64,000 bases of DNA, from contig JAQUEL010000004.1 of the NCBI GenBank assembly GCA_028685295.1, positions 24-64,023 on the forward strand, read 5' to 3'. The stretch comes from a bacterium (GTDB lineage Bacteria; UBP13; UBA5359). This document shows positions 23,398 through 34,867 of the stretch, in pieces (position 1 is the first letter of the stretch; every line of letters starts with the position of its first letter). Position numbers and translations under genes: made by a program. Below the pieces are notes generated by a model that saw nothing but the letters and a program-made list of their open reading frames with translations, was not told where the DNA came from and searched no databases.

Positions 23398-23655
23398 ATG
23401 GAAAAGCGTGCGTTACGCAAAGTAAGAGAAGGTGTGGTAGTGAGTGATAAGATGGATAAGACCATCACAGTAGCTGTTGAAACGCGCGTTCAGCACCCTC
23501 TCTACAAAAAGTTTATTCGTAAAACCACAAAGTTTAAGGCGCATGATGGAGAGAATCAGGCTCGCAATGGCGATGTTGTCCGACTAATGGAAACCAGGCC
23601 GCTAAGTAAGGATAAGCGATGGCGGTTGGTTCAGATTCTCAAGAAAGCAGAGTGA
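23398..23655 (+). CDS. rpsQ: 30S ribosomal protein S17
   Basis: ATG at 23398 ([25 protein letters not shown]...), 85 aa. Confidence 0.92.
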   Translation: MEKRALRKVREGVVVSDKMDKTITVAVETRVQHPLYKKFIRKTTKFKAHDGENQARNGDVVRLMETRPLSKDKRWRLVQILKKAE

Positions 23656-23667
23656 CGGAGGCAGGCA

Positions 23668-24039
23668 ATGATACAATCACAGACCAGACTAAGGGTTGCA
23701 GATAACTCTGGCGCACGTGTACTGATGTGTATACGGGTCCTAAAGGGTTCAGGCGCTCGTTATGCCGGAGTGGGCGATATAATTGTCGGAGTGGTAAAGC
23801 AGGCCATACCTAATGCCCCCGTAAAGAAGGGTGAAGTAGTCAAAGCGGTTGTGGTGCGTACAAACAAAATTACCAAGCGTTCTGATGGTTCGTCCATACG
23901 ATTTGATGATAATGCCGCGGTTATAATCAATGAACAGAAGAACCCCCGTGGCACTCGTATCTTTGGGCCGGTAGCCAGAGAGCTTAGAGAAACGGGAGAT
24001 TTCTCCAAGATTATATCTCTGGCACCTGAAGTTCTTTAA
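23668..24039 (+). CDS. rplN: 50S ribosomal protein L14
   Basis: 123 aa: [17 protein letters not shown]... Confidence 0.97.
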   Translation: MIQSQTRLRVADNSGARVLMCIRVLKGSGARYAGVGDIIVGVVKQAIPNAPVKKGEVVKAVVVRTNKITKRSDGSSIRFDDNAAVIINEQKNPRGTRIFGPVARELRETGDFSKIISLAPEVL

Positions 24040-24164
24040 AAGGTGTATAGGCGGTAGCTGTTCTGGCTGTTAGGGCAATACGAAGTTTAGGCTTAATTAT
24101 GGGTTAACATTGCCGAACTGCTAAATGCCTACAGCCTGGAAAGCTGGAAAAAGAGGTGTAAAGA

Positions 24165-24497
24165 TTGGGCACAAATAACAGAGTGCATGTAAAGAAAGGC
24201 GACACGGTTGCAGTCCTGGCAGGTAAAGATAAAGGTAAGCAGGGTAAGGTTACGCGTGTCCTGCCAAAGGCCGATAAAGTCATTGTTGAAGGTGTTAACC
24301 TGGTAAAGAAACACCTCAAGGCCGGACCTAAAGTACGTCAGGCCGGAATTGTTTCCCAGGAGGCACCGTTGCATAGCAGCAATGTAATGTTGATATGCTC
24401 GAAATGTGGTGTCCCGTCAAGAGTCGGTTTCACCGTAACGGATGGCAGGAAAGCAAGGGTTTGCAGAAAGTGCGGCGAGATAGCCGATAAGGTCTGA
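24165..24497 (+). CDS. rplX: 50S ribosomal protein L24 with a C-terminal CxxC...CxxC zinc ribbon
   Basis: The KOW region ([23 protein letters not shown]) and C-terminal ICSKCG...VCRKCG motifs are present. Confidence 0.93.
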   Translation: MGTNNRVHVKKGDTVAVLAGKDKGKQGKVTRVLPKADKVIVEGVNLVKKHLKAGPKVRQAGIVSQEAPLHSSNVMLICSKCGVPSRVGFTVTDGRKARVCRKCGEIADKV

Positions 24498-24523
24498 GCA
24501 GGCGGACACGCGGGGAGGAAGAT

Positions 24524-25066
24524 ATGTCTAGATTAAAAGATAAGCATTTAAAGGAAGTCGTACCTGCCATGATGGAGCAATTCGGGTTTAAGAATATCAT
24601 GCAGGTTCCGAAGGTAACAAAGATAGTTGTCAATATGGGTGTTGGGGATGCCATTTTGGATCCCAAGCTCCTCGATGCGGCTGTGAATGATCTGGCGCTT
24701 ATAACCGGGCAGCGGCCGTTGGTTACCAAAGCCAAGAAATCCATTGCCAGCTTTAAAATCCGTGAGGGTATGTCTATTGGCTGTAAGGTGACGCTGCGCG
24801 GCGAAACTATGTATAACTTTCTTGATAAATTAATAAATGCAGTTTTACCACGTGTACGTGATTTTAGCGGGGTTTCTCCTAAATCATTTGACGGCAGAGG
24901 AAATTATGCTCTCGGCTTGAAGGAGCAATTGATATTCCCTGAGATAGATTATGACAAAGTAGTCAAAACAAGGGGAATGGATATAATTATTGTTACCAGC
25001 AGTGATAATGACGATCAGGCCCGAGCATTGCTTGCAAAGATGGGTATGCCTTTCAGGGAAAGCTGA
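24524..25066 (+). CDS. rplE: 50S ribosomal protein L5
   Basis: 180 aa L5 family. Confidence 0.96.
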   Translation: MSRLKDKHLKEVVPAMMEQFGFKNIMQVPKVTKIVVNMGVGDAILDPKLLDAAVNDLALITGQRPLVTKAKKSIASFKIREGMSIGCKVTLRGETMYNFLDKLINAVLPRVRDFSGVSPKSFDGRGNYALGLKEQLIFPEIDYDKVVKTRGMDIIIVTSSDNDDQARALLAKMGMPFRES

Positions 25067-27149
25067 GGAGGGGATTACGACGGAACGCTTTGATATCGAT
25101 CATCTGAGGAATATTGCTGTTGTCGGTCATAGTGGGTGTGGTAAAACAACTTTAGTGGAGTCGTTGTTATACAACTCCGGAATGGTCGACAGATTAGGTA
25201 AAGTGGATGAGGGCAATACAGTTTCCGATTATGATCCGGAAGAGGTAAAGCGCCGCATCTCGATTAACACCACGGTAGAGCCAGTTATCTGGAAGGGATG
25301 GAAAGCCAATATCCTGGACACTCCGGGGTATGCGGATTTCATTGGTGAAGTAAAGAGTGCTCTTCGTGTGGTGGAAGGCACGCTGATTACGGTTTGTGCT
25401 GTTTCAGGCGTTGAGGTAGGCACTGAAAATGTCTGGTCACTGTCGGCTGATAGGAACATGTCCAGAGTGTTCTTTATTAATAAGATGGATCGTGAAAATG
25501 CGAATTTTGTCGGAACTCTTTCTCAACTCAGGGATGGATTTGGCAATAATGTTGTGCCGTTACAGTTGCCGATTGGATCGGAGCAAGATTTCAAGGGTGT
25601 TGTAGATCTGTTACAGATGAAAGCAATTCTGTACACAGATGGAAAGGATTACACCATTACGGATATTCCTTCTGAGCTGATGGACGAGGCGACCGCCAAT
25701 AGGGAGAAAGTAATAGAACTGGCTGCGGAAGGTGACGATGATCTTCTGATGAAGTATCTGGAGGGTGAGGATCTGACCGCTGATGAAGTTATTTATGGAA
25801 TGAAGCGTGCTATTAGTGCTGGAAACGTATTTCCGGTTTTTTGTGGGTCAGCTGCGACAGGTATAGGCGTTCAGTCGCTGATGGAGGCATTGATCGAGTG
25901 GATACCTGCACCGGTAGCCACGGTTACAGGTACTGATCCCAAAACCGATGATGCAATTGAAATTGATACGGATAAGCTGGCGGCGTTGGTATATAAAACT
26001 ATGGCTGATCCTTATGTTGGTAAGCTCACATATTTTAGAGTCTTTACCGGTACATTGAAATCTGATTCCCACGTTTACAATCCTCTGCATGAACATGCCG
26101 ATGAGCGTGTAGGCCAGGTGTTTTATACCACCGGTAAGAAGCAAGAGGCTACAGATGGTGTGGGTGCCGGTGATTTTGGTGCGGTAGCAAAGCTGCAGGT
26201 AACGGTAACCGGTGATACATTGTGTGATAAGGATAAGCAGATCGTAATTCCCGGCATAAGCTTTCCGCACCCAATAATGTCGGCTGCTGTTTATCCTAAG
26301 ACAAAAGGCGATGAAGACAAGCTTGGGGCGGCACTGCAGCGCATGGTGGATGAAGACCCTACATTACATGTTCGACGAGATACGGAGACCGGGGAAACGC
26401 TGCTTTCCGGTATGGGTGAAACGCATATTGATATAGCTGTTGATCGTTTGAAACGTAAGTTCGGTGTTGATGTGGCAGTAGCCGTACCGAAGATACCGTA
26501 TCGTGAAACGGTAACTGCTCAGGCCAAATCGGAATATAAACATAAGAAGCAATCCGGTGGTCGCGGTCAATACGGACATTGTGTTATAGAGATCGAACCT
26601 ATGCCGCGAGGTGAAGGGTTTGAGTTTGTTGATAAGATATTTGGCGGTGCTGTACCCAGGCAGTATATTCCTGCAGTGGAGAAGGGTGTGCGTGAAGCTA
26701 TGCAGGAAGGCATTCTGGCTGGATACAATGTTGTGGATGTCAAGGTGACGCTGGTCGACGGATCCTTCCATCCGGTTGATTCATCGGAGATGGCTTTTAA
26801 GATTGCCGGCTCTATGGCCTTCAAAAAAGGGTTTGCCGATGCCGCGCCTGTTCTACTGGAGCCGGTCATGAACGTTGAAGTGAATGTGCCGGATGCCAAT
26901 ACCGGTGATATAATCAGCGATCTGAACACCAAGCGAGGCCGTATACTTGGTATGGAACCGCAAGGTAGCGGCCGTACGGTGGTAAAGGCCATAGTGCCTC
27001 TGGCTGAAATGCAGAGATATAGCATTGACCTGACCTCGATAACGCAGGGACGCGGTAGCTTTATCATGGAAGAGTCGCATTTTGAAGAGGTGCCGGCACA
27101 TACGGCTGAGCGAATCATTGCTGAAGCCGCAAAAGCGAAGAAGGAATAG
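25008..27149 (+). CDS. Divergent EF-G paralog (EF-G2-like translational GTPase) embedded in the spc operon. The start codon is uncertain: ATG 25008 inside rplE or a non-canonical start near 25074.
   Basis: All five EF-G domains are present. The G1 motif is [10 protein letters not shown]3 is DTPGYADF (Tyr replaces the catalytic His), G4 is NKMD, a G' insertion is present, and the domain IV tip SFHPVDSS is identical to fusA. An AGGAGG Shine-Dalgarno at 25066-25071 is followed in frame only by ATT/ACG codons, and the first in-frame ATG is 56 nt inside rplE. Confidence 0.8.
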   Translation: MTIRPEHCLQRWVCLSGKAEEGITTERFDIDHLRNIAVVGHSGCGKTTLVESLLYNSGMVDRLGKVDEGNTVSDYDPEEVKRRISINTTVEPVIWKGWKANILDTPGYADFIGEVKSALRVVEGTLITVCAVSGVEVGTENVWSLSADRNMSRVFFINKMDRENANFVGTLSQLRDGFGNNVVPLQLPIGSEQDFKGVVDLLQMKAILYTDGKDYTITDIPSELMDEATANREKVIELAAEGDDDLLMKYLEGEDLTADEVIYGMKRAISAGNVFPVFCGSAATGIGVQSLMEALIEWIPAPVATVTGTDPKTDDAIEIDTDKLAALVYKTMADPYVGKLTYFRVFTGTLKSDSHVYNPLHEHADERVGQVFYTTGKKQEATDGVGAGDFGAVAKLQVTVTGDTLCDKDKQIVIPGISFPHPIMSAAVYPKTKGDEDKLGAALQRMVDEDPTLHVRRDTETGETLLSGMGETHIDIAVDRLKRKFGVDVAVAVPKIPYRETVTAQAKSEYKHKKQSGGRGQYGHCVIEIEPMPRGEGFEFVDKIFGGAVPRQYIPAVEKGVREAMQEGILAGYNVVDVKVTLVDGSFHPVDSSEMAFKIAGSMAFKKGFADAAPVLLEPVMNVEVNVPDANTGDIISDLNTKRGRILGMEPQGSGRTVVKAIVPLAEMQRYSIDLTSITQGRGSFIMEESHFEEVPAHTAERIIAEAAKAKKE

Positions 27150-27220
27150 TTGTTTAGGCGAGGGGAATTCAGAAATTTGGACCCCCTGGCTCCTGACTTC
27201 TGATAAGATGGAGGTAAGAA

Positions 27221-27406
27221 GTGGCTAAGAAGAGTCTGGTAAATAAGACAAATGCGCAGCCGAAGTTTTCTGTAAGACAACACAGCCGCTGTCGTATATG
27301 CGGGAGACCACGTGGTTTTATGCGTAAGTTCGGTATGTGCCGGATCTGTTTCAGAACGCTGTCACATCGTGGCATGATACCCGGTATTACCAAGTCAAGC
27401 TGGTAA
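27221..27406 (+). CDS. rpsN: 30S ribosomal protein S14 type Z (zinc-binding)
   Basis: 61 aa with CRICGRP...CRICFR. Confidence 0.95.
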   Translation: MAKKSLVNKTNAQPKFSVRQHSRCRICGRPRGFMRKFGMCRICFRTLSHRGMIPGITKSSW

Positions 27407-27452
27407 CCGTAAGATTATGCAATAGTGCAAGTGTGAGTGGAGGGTGATAATC

Positions 27453-27845
27453 GTGACCGATCCTATAGCTGATATGCTGACAAGGATACGTAATGCCAGC
27501 AGGGCCAATCATGATGTTGTAGAGGTCCCTGCATCAAAGATAAAGATGGCGCTTGCGGATATATTGAAGGAAGAGGGATTCATTAATCGTTTTGAGGTCA
27601 GTAAGCGTAAACCTCAGGATGTTATTAGGATTCACCTGAAATACGGGCCCAAGCGTGAAGCCGTTATAACCGGTATTACCAGAGTTAGTAAACCAGGCAT
27701 AAGGGTGTATGCCCGTCATGCCGAGGTGCCTAAAGTTCTTAACGGGCTTGGAGTGGCTGTTTTGTCTACCTCCAAGGGTATTCTCACCGACAAAGCTGCC
27801 AGAGCAGCCGGTGTCGGCGGCGAAGTTCTATGTTATGTCTGGTAG
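27453..27845 (+). CDS. rpsH: 30S ribosomal protein S8
   Basis: GTG at 27453 ((M)[14 protein letters not shown]...) 8 nt after a GGAGGG Shine-Dalgarno. The ORF-track GTG at 27444 overlaps the Shine-Dalgarno. Confidence 0.92.
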   Translation: MTDPIADMLTRIRNASRANHDVVEVPASKIKMALADILKEEGFINRFEVSKRKPQDVIRIHLKYGPKREAVITGITRVSKPGIRVYARHAEVPKVLNGLGVAVLSTSKGILTDKAARAAGVGGEVLCYVW

Positions 27846-27861
27846 AATGGAGGTATGACCG

Positions 27862-28407
27862 ATGTCAAGAATTGGGAAAATGCCTATTCCCATCCCGGCA
27901 GGGGTCGGAATTAAGGTTGAAAATAGTATAGTAACCGTTGAAGGGCCTAAAGGTAAATTGACACAGCATTTGAACCCTGATATGAAGGTTGTTGTGGAAG
28001 ATAGCGTTGTCCGGGTAGAAAGGCCGACTGACAGTAAGTTGCACAGAGCCTTGCACGGCTTAAGCAGGTCCTTAGTCGCCAATATGGTTGAGGGTGTGAC
28101 CAATGGTTATACCAGGCGGTTGGTTATTACCGGTGTGGGTTATCGTGTGCAAAAGCAGGGTAATGACCTAGTATTGCAGGTGGGTTTCTCACATCCTGTT
28201 GAAGTCACGCCGATGGAAGGCATTGAATTGAACGTAGAAGGAAATAACCGGATAATAGTTCAGGGTATTGATAAGCAGCGCGTTGGAGAGATGGCTGCCA
28301 ATATCAGGGCCATATTGCCGCCTGAGCCGTATAAAGGCAAGGGTATAGCTTATGAGGGCGAGCGTATCCGCAGGAAGGCCGGTAAAGCCGGCAAGGTTGG
28401 TAAATAG
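27862..28407 (+). CDS. rplF: 50S ribosomal protein L6
   Basis: 181 aa L6 family. Confidence 0.96.
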   Translation: MSRIGKMPIPIPAGVGIKVENSIVTVEGPKGKLTQHLNPDMKVVVEDSVVRVERPTDSKLHRALHGLSRSLVANMVEGVTNGYTRRLVITGVGYRVQKQGNDLVLQVGFSHPVEVTPMEGIELNVEGNNRIIVQGIDKQRVGEMAANIRAILPPEPYKGKGIAYEGERIRRKAGKAGKVGK

Positions 28408-28429
28408 GCTGAGTTGAAGGAGTTAGGCG

Positions 28430-28798
28430 ATGGGTAATACAGCAAAAAAAGTAATAGCCAGACAAAAAAGGCATTTTCGGGTTAGAAACAAGGTATCCGG
28501 TACGCCGCAACGGCCAAGGCTTAATGTTTTTAGAAGTCTATGCCATATATATGCACAAGTTATAGATGATCAGGCGGGCAATACGCTGTGTGCAGCTTCT
28601 ACGATAGACCCGGAGATCAAGGGTGACATTGAGAATGGCGGAAATATCCAGGCTGCCGCTGCGGTAGGCAATCTTATCGCCAAGCGTTGCCTTGATACCG
28701 GAGTAAGCGAAGTAGTTTTTGATAGAGGCGGCTATCTCTATCATGGCCGCGTGAAGGCTCTGGCTGAAGCTGCACGCGAAGCCGGATTGAAGTTCTAG
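28430..28798 (+). CDS. rplR: 50S ribosomal protein L18
   Basis: 122 aa L18 family. Confidence 0.95.
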   Translation: MGNTAKKVIARQKRHFRVRNKVSGTPQRPRLNVFRSLCHIYAQVIDDQAGNTLCAASTIDPEIKGDIENGGNIQAAAAVGNLIAKRCLDTGVSEVVFDRGGYLYHGRVKALAEAAREAGLKF

Positions 28799-28813
28799 CA
28801 TGGAGGAGAAGTA

Positions 28814-29314
28814 ATGGCTAAGATAGATCCTAATACACTTGTGCTTACCGAAAAGGTAGTCAAGATCAACAGGGTTGCCAAAGTACTTAAAGGCGGCCGT
28901 AAGTTTAGCTTCAGTGCGCTGGTGGTCGTGGGTGATGGTCAGGGACATGTGGGAGCAGGGCTGGGAAAGGCCGGTGAGGTACCAGAGGCGATTCGTAAGG
29001 GTATTGAAGATGCCAAAAAGAACCTTATAAAACTTCCACTTGTGGGAACGACGATTCCCCATGAAATCAGTTGGACATTAGGCGCCGGCAAGGTTATATT
29101 GAAGCCTGCTGCTCCAGGAACAGGCGTTATTGCCGGTGGACCTGTGCGTGCCGTCCTTGAGGCTGCCGGTGTCAAGGATATCCTAACTAAGTCCCTGGGG
29201 ACATCCAATGCTATCAACGTTGTAAGGACTGTTATGGATGCTTTGCAGCATATACGTTCTGCAGAGGATGTAGCCAGGATACGCGGCAAGAAAGTCGAAG
29301 ACCTGGCCGGTTAG
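28814..29314 (+). CDS. rpsE: 30S ribosomal protein S5
   Basis: 166 aa S5 family. Confidence 0.96.
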   Translation: MAKIDPNTLVLTEKVVKINRVAKVLKGGRKFSFSALVVVGDGQGHVGAGLGKAGEVPEAIRKGIEDAKKNLIKLPLVGTTIPHEISWTLGAGKVILKPAAPGTGVIAGGPVRAVLEAAGVKDILTKSLGTSNAINVVRTVMDALQHIRSAEDVARIRGKKVEDLAG

Positions 29315-29334
29315 AGGAACGGAGGTAAATTAGA

Positions 29335-29517
29335 ATGGCGAGGCTGAAGGTTACTCTGAAAAAGAGCGCTATCGGAGCGCCTAAAGATCACAAAGCCACT
29401 ATAGCAGCTCTCGGCTTGCGTAAGCTGAATGCGGTAAGATATCATAATGATCACCCTCAGGTGATAGGGATGATCAACAAGGTGCGCTATATGCTGGAAG
29501 TGGAAAAGGAAGACTGA
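29335..29517 (+). CDS. rpmD: 50S ribosomal protein L30
   Basis: 60 aa: [32 protein letters not shown]. Confidence 0.93.
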   Translation: MARLKVTLKKSAIGAPKDHKATIAALGLRKLNAVRYHNDHPQVIGMINKVRYMLEVEKED

Positions 29518-29631
29518 GAATATATTTAGCGGTTATTTGTATCTGGATATCGTAAATTATTATGGTAAAATAGAAAGGCTGATGATTGAGACATAGCCTG
29601 AGAAAGTTGTTTAACGTTCAGTTGAAAGTAG

Positions 29632-30078
29632 GTGCGAGCATTGGAATTACATGATCTGCGTCCGGCAAAGGGTGCGAGACATAGTATAAAGCGTGTCGGC
29701 CGCGGCACAGGTTCCGGTCACGGGAAAACGTCCTGTCGTGGACAGAAGGGACAGAAAGCTCGTGGCAGTGTGCGTCCGGGTTTTGAAGGCGGGCAGACGC
29801 CTCTCTACAGACGTCTTCCCAAATTAAGGGGATTCACTAATATATTCTCGGTCGATTATGCTGAAATAAATGTGGCGGACCTTAATCGCTTTGATAATGG
29901 TACTGAGGTATCGCCGGAATTACTGTTGGGACTGGGAATGGTTAACGATCTGAAAGACGGACTCAAGATTCTGGGCGATGGTGCGTTGGAGCGTAACCTC
30001 ACTGTAAAGGCAAATCGTTTTACAAAGTCCGCTGCGGAGAAGATTGAATCTGCCGGCGGCAAGGTAGAGGTGATATAG
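29632..30078 (+). CDS. rplO: 50S ribosomal protein L15
   Basis: 148 aa L15 family with a GTG start. A TTG 9 nt downstream is an alternative. Confidence 0.93.
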   Translation: MRALELHDLRPAKGARHSIKRVGRGTGSGHGKTSCRGQKGQKARGSVRPGFEGGQTPLYRRLPKLRGFTNIFSVDYAEINVADLNRFDNGTEVSPELLLGLGMVNDLKDGLKILGDGALERNLTVKANRFTKSAAEKIESAGGKVEVI

Positions 30079-31356
30079 ATGTTGGCCTCTCTTTTGAGTG
30101 CCTTCAAGATTCCCGAACTGCGTAAGCGTATATTATATGTTTTCGGGATGATAGGAATTTTCGTTCTGGGATTACATATAGCGGTTCCCGGAATTGACAG
30201 GGTAGCCATGGAGAAGCTCTTCTCCAGCGGTGGCCTTCTTGGTTTGATGGACGTGTTTTCCGGCGGTGCATTACGCAAGTTTTCAATTTTTGCTATGGGT
30301 ATAGCACCGTACATTAACGCCTCCATTATTATGCAGCTTCTTACAATTGCTGTGCCCACTTTGGAAGAGATGTCCAAAGAGGGCGAATCCGGTCGTAAGA
30401 AGATAACACAATATACCCGCTATCTGACGGTAGTGTTGGCCTTTTTTCAAGGCGGGGGTATATGTCTGTGGCTGTACAAATCGAATATTCTTTCAGTTTC
30501 AACTGTAACATTCCCCATGATTGTTGTTACTCTGGTAGCTGGAACAGCCTTTCTTATGTGGCTGGGTGAACAGATCACAGAGAAGGGGATCGGTAACGGT
30601 ATTTCGCTGTTGATCTTCACCGGTATTCTGGCCAGGATGCCTAGTGACATCAGCCAGGTTATTCAAAGTATACGGGCGCATGCCGTGACCCTCTTTGATG
30701 TTCTGCTCTTCCTGGCAATTTTTGTTGCTATGGTAGTGGGTATAATATTTATCCAGCAGGGGCAGCGTCGTATACCTGTTCAGTATGCCAAGCGTGTGGT
30801 TGGACGCAGGATGTACGGCGGTCAGAGTACTTTTATTCCGTTGAAGGTTAATCAATCGGGGGTTATTCCTATAATCTTTGCGGTCTCGGTGCTTCTCTTC
30901 CCAGCTACTGTTGCTCAGTTTGCGCCGCAGGTTGGAGCATTGGGCAGCGTAATGACTTGGATTAAGAATATATTTTCACCCGGATCGTTTTGGTACTCCT
31001 TCTTTTACGCGATATTGGTAGTGCTCTTTACTTTCTTTTACACTGCCGTTATCTTCAACCCGGTTGAGGTTGCCGATAACATGAAGAAATATGGCGGCTT
31101 TGTTCCCGGTATAAGACCCGGCCGGCCGACGGCAGAGTATCTCAATAAAGTAATTACAAGAATTACCATGGCTGGAGCGTTTTTCCTGGCATTTATAGCC
31201 GTTGTGCCTACATATCTTATGAATCTGACGCATATACAGATATACTATATGTATGGAGGCACTTCGCTTTTGATTATGGTTGGTGTGGCATTGGAGACCA
31301 TGCAGCAGATCGAGGCTCATCTGCTTATGCGTAATTACGAGGGCTTCATAAAATAA
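30079..31356 (+). CDS. secY: Preprotein translocase subunit SecY
   Basis: 425 aa with 10 TM segments and SecY signature regions. Confidence 0.96.
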   Translation: MLASLLSAFKIPELRKRILYVFGMIGIFVLGLHIAVPGIDRVAMEKLFSSGGLLGLMDVFSGGALRKFSIFAMGIAPYINASIIMQLLTIAVPTLEEMSKEGESGRKKITQYTRYLTVVLAFFQGGGICLWLYKSNILSVSTVTFPMIVVTLVAGTAFLMWLGEQITEKGIGNGISLLIFTGILARMPSDISQVIQSIRAHAVTLFDVLLFLAIFVAMVVGIIFIQQGQRRIPVQYAKRVVGRRMYGGQSTFIPLKVNQSGVIPIIFAVSVLLFPATVAQFAPQVGALGSVMTWIKNIFSPGSFWYSFFYAILVVLFTFFYTAVIFNPVEVADNMKKYGGFVPGIRPGRPTAEYLNKVITRITMAGAFFLAFIAVVPTYLMNLTHIQIYYMYGGTSLLIMVGVALETMQQIEAHLLMRNYEGFIK

Positions 31357-31390
31357 ATGCGGGATTGTATTCGCATTTGGCAGGAGTGCA

Positions 31391-32068
31391 ATGAGAATAA
31401 TATTATTAGGAGCACCCGGCTCCGGTAAAGGTACCGTGGCCAAGGTGTTGGTTGAGAGAACCGGCACGCCGCATATTTCTACAGGGGATATGTTGCGTGC
31501 CGCCCTAGCCGCCGGAACGCCGTTGGGAGCCAGAGCCCGTGAGTATATGGAAAGCGGGCGGCTTGTGCCTGATAATATTGTAATTGGGCTGATACGTAAT
31601 AGACTCGGTCAATCTGATTGCCTGTCGACAGGATATATACTTGATGGATTTCCAAGAACTGTTCCACAGGCTGAAGAGCTGGGAGTGGTGCTGTCGGACT
31701 TAGAGTCGAATGTCCAGGCTGTTTTTAATCTGCAAGTTAGTCGGCAGCTACTGGTGGAGCGACTTTCCGGACGACGTATTTGCAAGAGTTGCGGTGCCAT
31801 ATACCATGCAGTTAATATGCCGCCCAGAACAGAAGGCATCTGCGATATTTGTGGTGGTGAGCTATATCAGAGAGTTGATGACCAGCCGGCCACCGTTGAA
31901 AATAGGCTGAATGTTTATGAGGCGCAGACAAAGCCTCTGATTGAATACTACAGAAACATGGGTTTGCTCTATCCCGTTGAAGGAGATAAAGGAGTGCAGG
32001 CGGTTTTTGAAATGATAATACATACCCTTGATAATATCCGGAAGACGGCTTGTGACCAGGCACAATGA
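31391..32068 (+). CDS. adk: Adenylate kinase with a zinc-binding LID (CxxC...CxxC)
   Basis: GAPGSGKGT P-loop with CKSCG...CDICGG. Confidence 0.96.
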   Translation: MRIILLGAPGSGKGTVAKVLVERTGTPHISTGDMLRAALAAGTPLGARAREYMESGRLVPDNIVIGLIRNRLGQSDCLSTGYILDGFPRTVPQAEELGVVLSDLESNVQAVFNLQVSRQLLVERLSGRRICKSCGAIYHAVNMPPRTEGICDICGGELYQRVDDQPATVENRLNVYEAQTKPLIEYYRNMGLLYPVEGDKGVQAVFEMIIHTLDNIRKTACDQAQ

Positions 32069-32811
32069 TCATACGAAAGAACAAAGCCGAGATCAAGAAG
32101 ATGCGTTGTGCAGGGCAAATTGTTGCCGCTACGTTGCAAAAAGTCAGTGCCGCCGTATACCCAGGTGTAATGACCGTAGAACTGGATACACTGGCTGAGA
32201 CCAGCCTTAGAGAGGCTGGAGCTATACCGGCATTTAAAGGATATCGCGGGTATCCTGCTACTTTATGTACGTCAGTAAACGATGAAGTTGTGCATGGTAT
32301 ACCCGGGGAGAGGGTTCTTTGTGAAGGTGATATCATCAGCCTCGATCTGGGAGCGAATTTTGATGGGTTTTATGCAGATGCAACGGTGACCTGCCCCGTT
32401 GGGGCCATATCGGTAGAAGCAGAAAGGCTGATAAGGGTTACCCGCGAAGCCTTTTATAAAGGGATTGAAAAGGCAACTCCCGGTAGGCGGTTAGGAGATG
32501 TGGGAGCGGCAATACAGCAATATGCCGAGATGAACGGCTATAGCGTAGTTCGGGATCTTGTCGGCCACGGCATAGGACGTTCTCTGCACGAAGATCCGCA
32601 GGTGCCTAATTACGGCAGGCCCGGGCATGGAACGTTGCTTAAGGAAGGCATGACGCTGGCTATAGAGCCGATGATCAATGCAGGCGGTTATGGTATACGC
32701 CAGCTTGCTGACGGCTGGACCATTATAACTGCGGATCAGAGCCTGTCGGCGCATTATGAACACACTGTAGCGCTCGTTAGCGACGGCGCAACAATATTGA
32801 CGGAATTGTGA
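32065..32811 (+). CDS. map: Methionine aminopeptidase type I
   Basis: 248 aa with the MetAP metal-binding D, D, H, E, E pattern. Confidence 0.95.
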   Translation: MIIRKNKAEIKKMRCAGQIVAATLQKVSAAVYPGVMTVELDTLAETSLREAGAIPAFKGYRGYPATLCTSVNDEVVHGIPGERVLCEGDIISLDLGANFDGFYADATVTCPVGAISVEAERLIRVTREAFYKGIEKATPGRRLGDVGAAIQQYAEMNGYSVVRDLVGHGIGRSLHEDPQVPNYGRPGHGTLLKEGMTLAIEPMINAGGYGIRQLADGWTIITADQSLSAHYEHTVALVSDGATILTEL

Positions 32812-32842
32812 GGCTTGAATAGAGTTTGGAGGTAGAAGCTTA

Positions 32843-33064
32843 ATGTCCAAAAAAGAGGGAGTTATCGAGATGGAGGGCAAGATCCTAGAAACATTGCCCA
32901 ATGCCATGTTCAGGGTCATGTTGGATAATGGCCATAATATACTGGCGCATGTCTCGGGCAAGATCCGGATGCATTTCATCCGCATACTTCCGGGTGACAG
33001 AGTAAAGGTCGAGCTGTCACCGTATGATTTGAACCGCGGCAGGATTGTATATAGATTCAAGTAA
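32843..33064 (+). CDS. infA: Translation initiation factor IF-1
   Basis: 73 aa S1-like: [26 protein letters not shown]. Confidence 0.96.
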   Translation: MSKKEGVIEMEGKILETLPNAMFRVMLDNGHNILAHVSGKIRMHFIRILPGDRVKVELSPYDLNRGRIVYRFK

Positions 33065-33229
<165 letters not shown>

Positions 33230-33320
33230 GAGTATTACGTCTACTGTTGCTTAAGAACAGATTTTACAAGGCCATTGGAGCGGCTGGTTGCTCCAAGCGA
33301 ATACAGGGGGGTGTAAGAAT

Positions 33321-33692
33321 TTGGCAAGAATAGCGGGCGTTGATCTGCCAAGAGATAAGAGGGTGGATGTTGCTTTAACCTATATTTATGGTGTGGGCAA
33401 GACCACAAGTGATGCTGTTATTACAAAATCCGGCGTAGAGGCATCTACCCGGGTAAGGGATCTTACTGAAGAAGAGATCGGTCGTTTGCGAGAAATTCTT
33501 GATAAGGAATATATGGTTGAGGGTGATCTCAGACGCGAAGTTACGATGAATATAAAGCGCCTGATCGATATTGGCTCGTATAGAGGATTGCGTCATCGTC
33601 GCGGTCTTCCCGTTCACGGGCAGCGCACAAGCACCAATGCCAGGACACGCAAAGGTCCGAGACGTACGGTGGGGATCAGAAGAAAGAAATAA
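33321..33692 (+). CDS. rpsM: 30S ribosomal protein S13
   Basis: TTG at 33321 ((M)[14 protein letters not shown]...) after a G-rich Shine-Dalgarno. The ORF-track 5' extension was rejected. Confidence 0.92.
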   Translation: MARIAGVDLPRDKRVDVALTYIYGVGKTTSDAVITKSGVEASTRVRDLTEEEIGRLREILDKEYMVEGDLRREVTMNIKRLIDIGSYRGLRHRRGLPVHGQRTSTNARTRKGPRRTVGIRRKK

Positions 33693-33788
33693 TTCAAGGG
33701 TACGGCTGGTTGTAACATCGGCCGTAACTTTGCGTGTCGGCGGGGATAGCTTAAAGCATGAACCCGTGTTAAGATTGGAGGTTTAAAG

Positions 33789-34184
33789 TTGGCGAGGAGA
33801 ACAGGAGCCCAGAAGGTAAAAAAGAGAGAACGTAAGAATATTTTGGAAGGTATGGCACATATCCATTCCACCTTTAATAACACACTGGTAACGATTACGG
33901 ATACGCATGGTGCTGTAATTTCATGGGCCAGTGCAGGCGGTATGGGATTTAAAGGATCACGAAAAGGCACTCCTTTTGCCGCCCAGACTGCTGCCGAATC
34001 TGTGGCTAAAAAAGCTATAGAGCATGGCATGCGTCAGGTAGAGGTCTATGTTAAGGGACCTGGTGCAGGACGTGAAGCGGCTATTAGATCGCTTCAGGCT
34101 GCAGGTTTGAACGTCAGCCTTATTAAAGACGTTACGCCGATACCTCATAATGGTTGTCGGCCACCTAAGAGAAGAAGAGTTTGA
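33789..34184 (+). CDS. rpsK: 30S ribosomal protein S11
   Basis: 131 aa S11 family. Confidence 0.95.
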   Translation: MARRTGAQKVKKRERKNILEGMAHIHSTFNNTLVTITDTHGAVISWASAGGMGFKGSRKGTPFAAQTAAESVAKKAIEHGMRQVEVYVKGPGAGREAAIRSLQAAGLNVSLIKDVTPIPHNGCRPPKRRRV

Positions 34185-34204
34185 AAAGCAGGGGGTGAAG
34201 AAAT

Positions 34205-34834
34205 ATGGCACGTTATTCTGGACCGGTATGTAGATTATGTCGCCGCGAGGGTAATAAGCTCTTTTTGAAGGGCGAGCGGTGTTATATGGCTAAGTGTACC
34301 GTTGAGCGTCGTGCAGGCGCTCCGGGTGATAAGAAGAGAGCCGTGCGTTCCAAGTTCACGGAATACGGTATTCAGTTGAGAGAAAAGCAGAAAGTACGCC
34401 GCATATACGGGGTTTTGGAGCGTCAATTCCGCAATTATTTTGAAGATGCTGAGCGTATGAAGGGAGTTGCAGGTGAAAATCTGCTTTTCCTTCTGGAGCG
34501 AAGGCTTGACAACGTTATCTTCAGAATGGGTTTTGCCGCTTCCAGGCGAGAGGCCAGGCAATTGGTGCGTCACGGTCATTTCGCTGTGAATGGCAGCAAG
34601 GTGGATATCCCCTCTTATATTGTAAAGCCTGGCGATACAATTGAAGTTCGTGAAGGCAGCAGGGATATAGAAGAGATCAAGGCATCTGTTGAGTCGGCTG
34701 TGCAGAGGCAGATTCCCGCCTGGCTGGAGCTTAATGCTGAGGAGATGAAGGGCAAGGTTGTCAGAAATCCTGTCCGCGAAGATATTGATGTTCCTATCCA
34801 GGAGCAGTTGATTGTTGAGTTCTACTCCAGATAA
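34205..34834 (+). CDS. rpsD: 30S ribosomal protein S4 (zinc-finger form)
   Basis: 209 aa with N-terminal CRLCRREG...C..KC and an S4 domain. Confidence 0.96.
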   Translation: MARYSGPVCRLCRREGNKLFLKGERCYMAKCTVERRAGAPGDKKRAVRSKFTEYGIQLREKQKVRRIYGVLERQFRNYFEDAERMKGVAGENLLFLLERRLDNVIFRMGFAASRREARQLVRHGHFAVNGSKVDIPSYIVKPGDTIEVREGSRDIEEIKASVESAVQRQIPAWLELNAEEMKGKVVRNPVREDIDVPIQEQLIVEFYSR

Positions 34835-34867
34835 AGCTCTGACTGGTTTGATAAAGGGGAGGTACAT

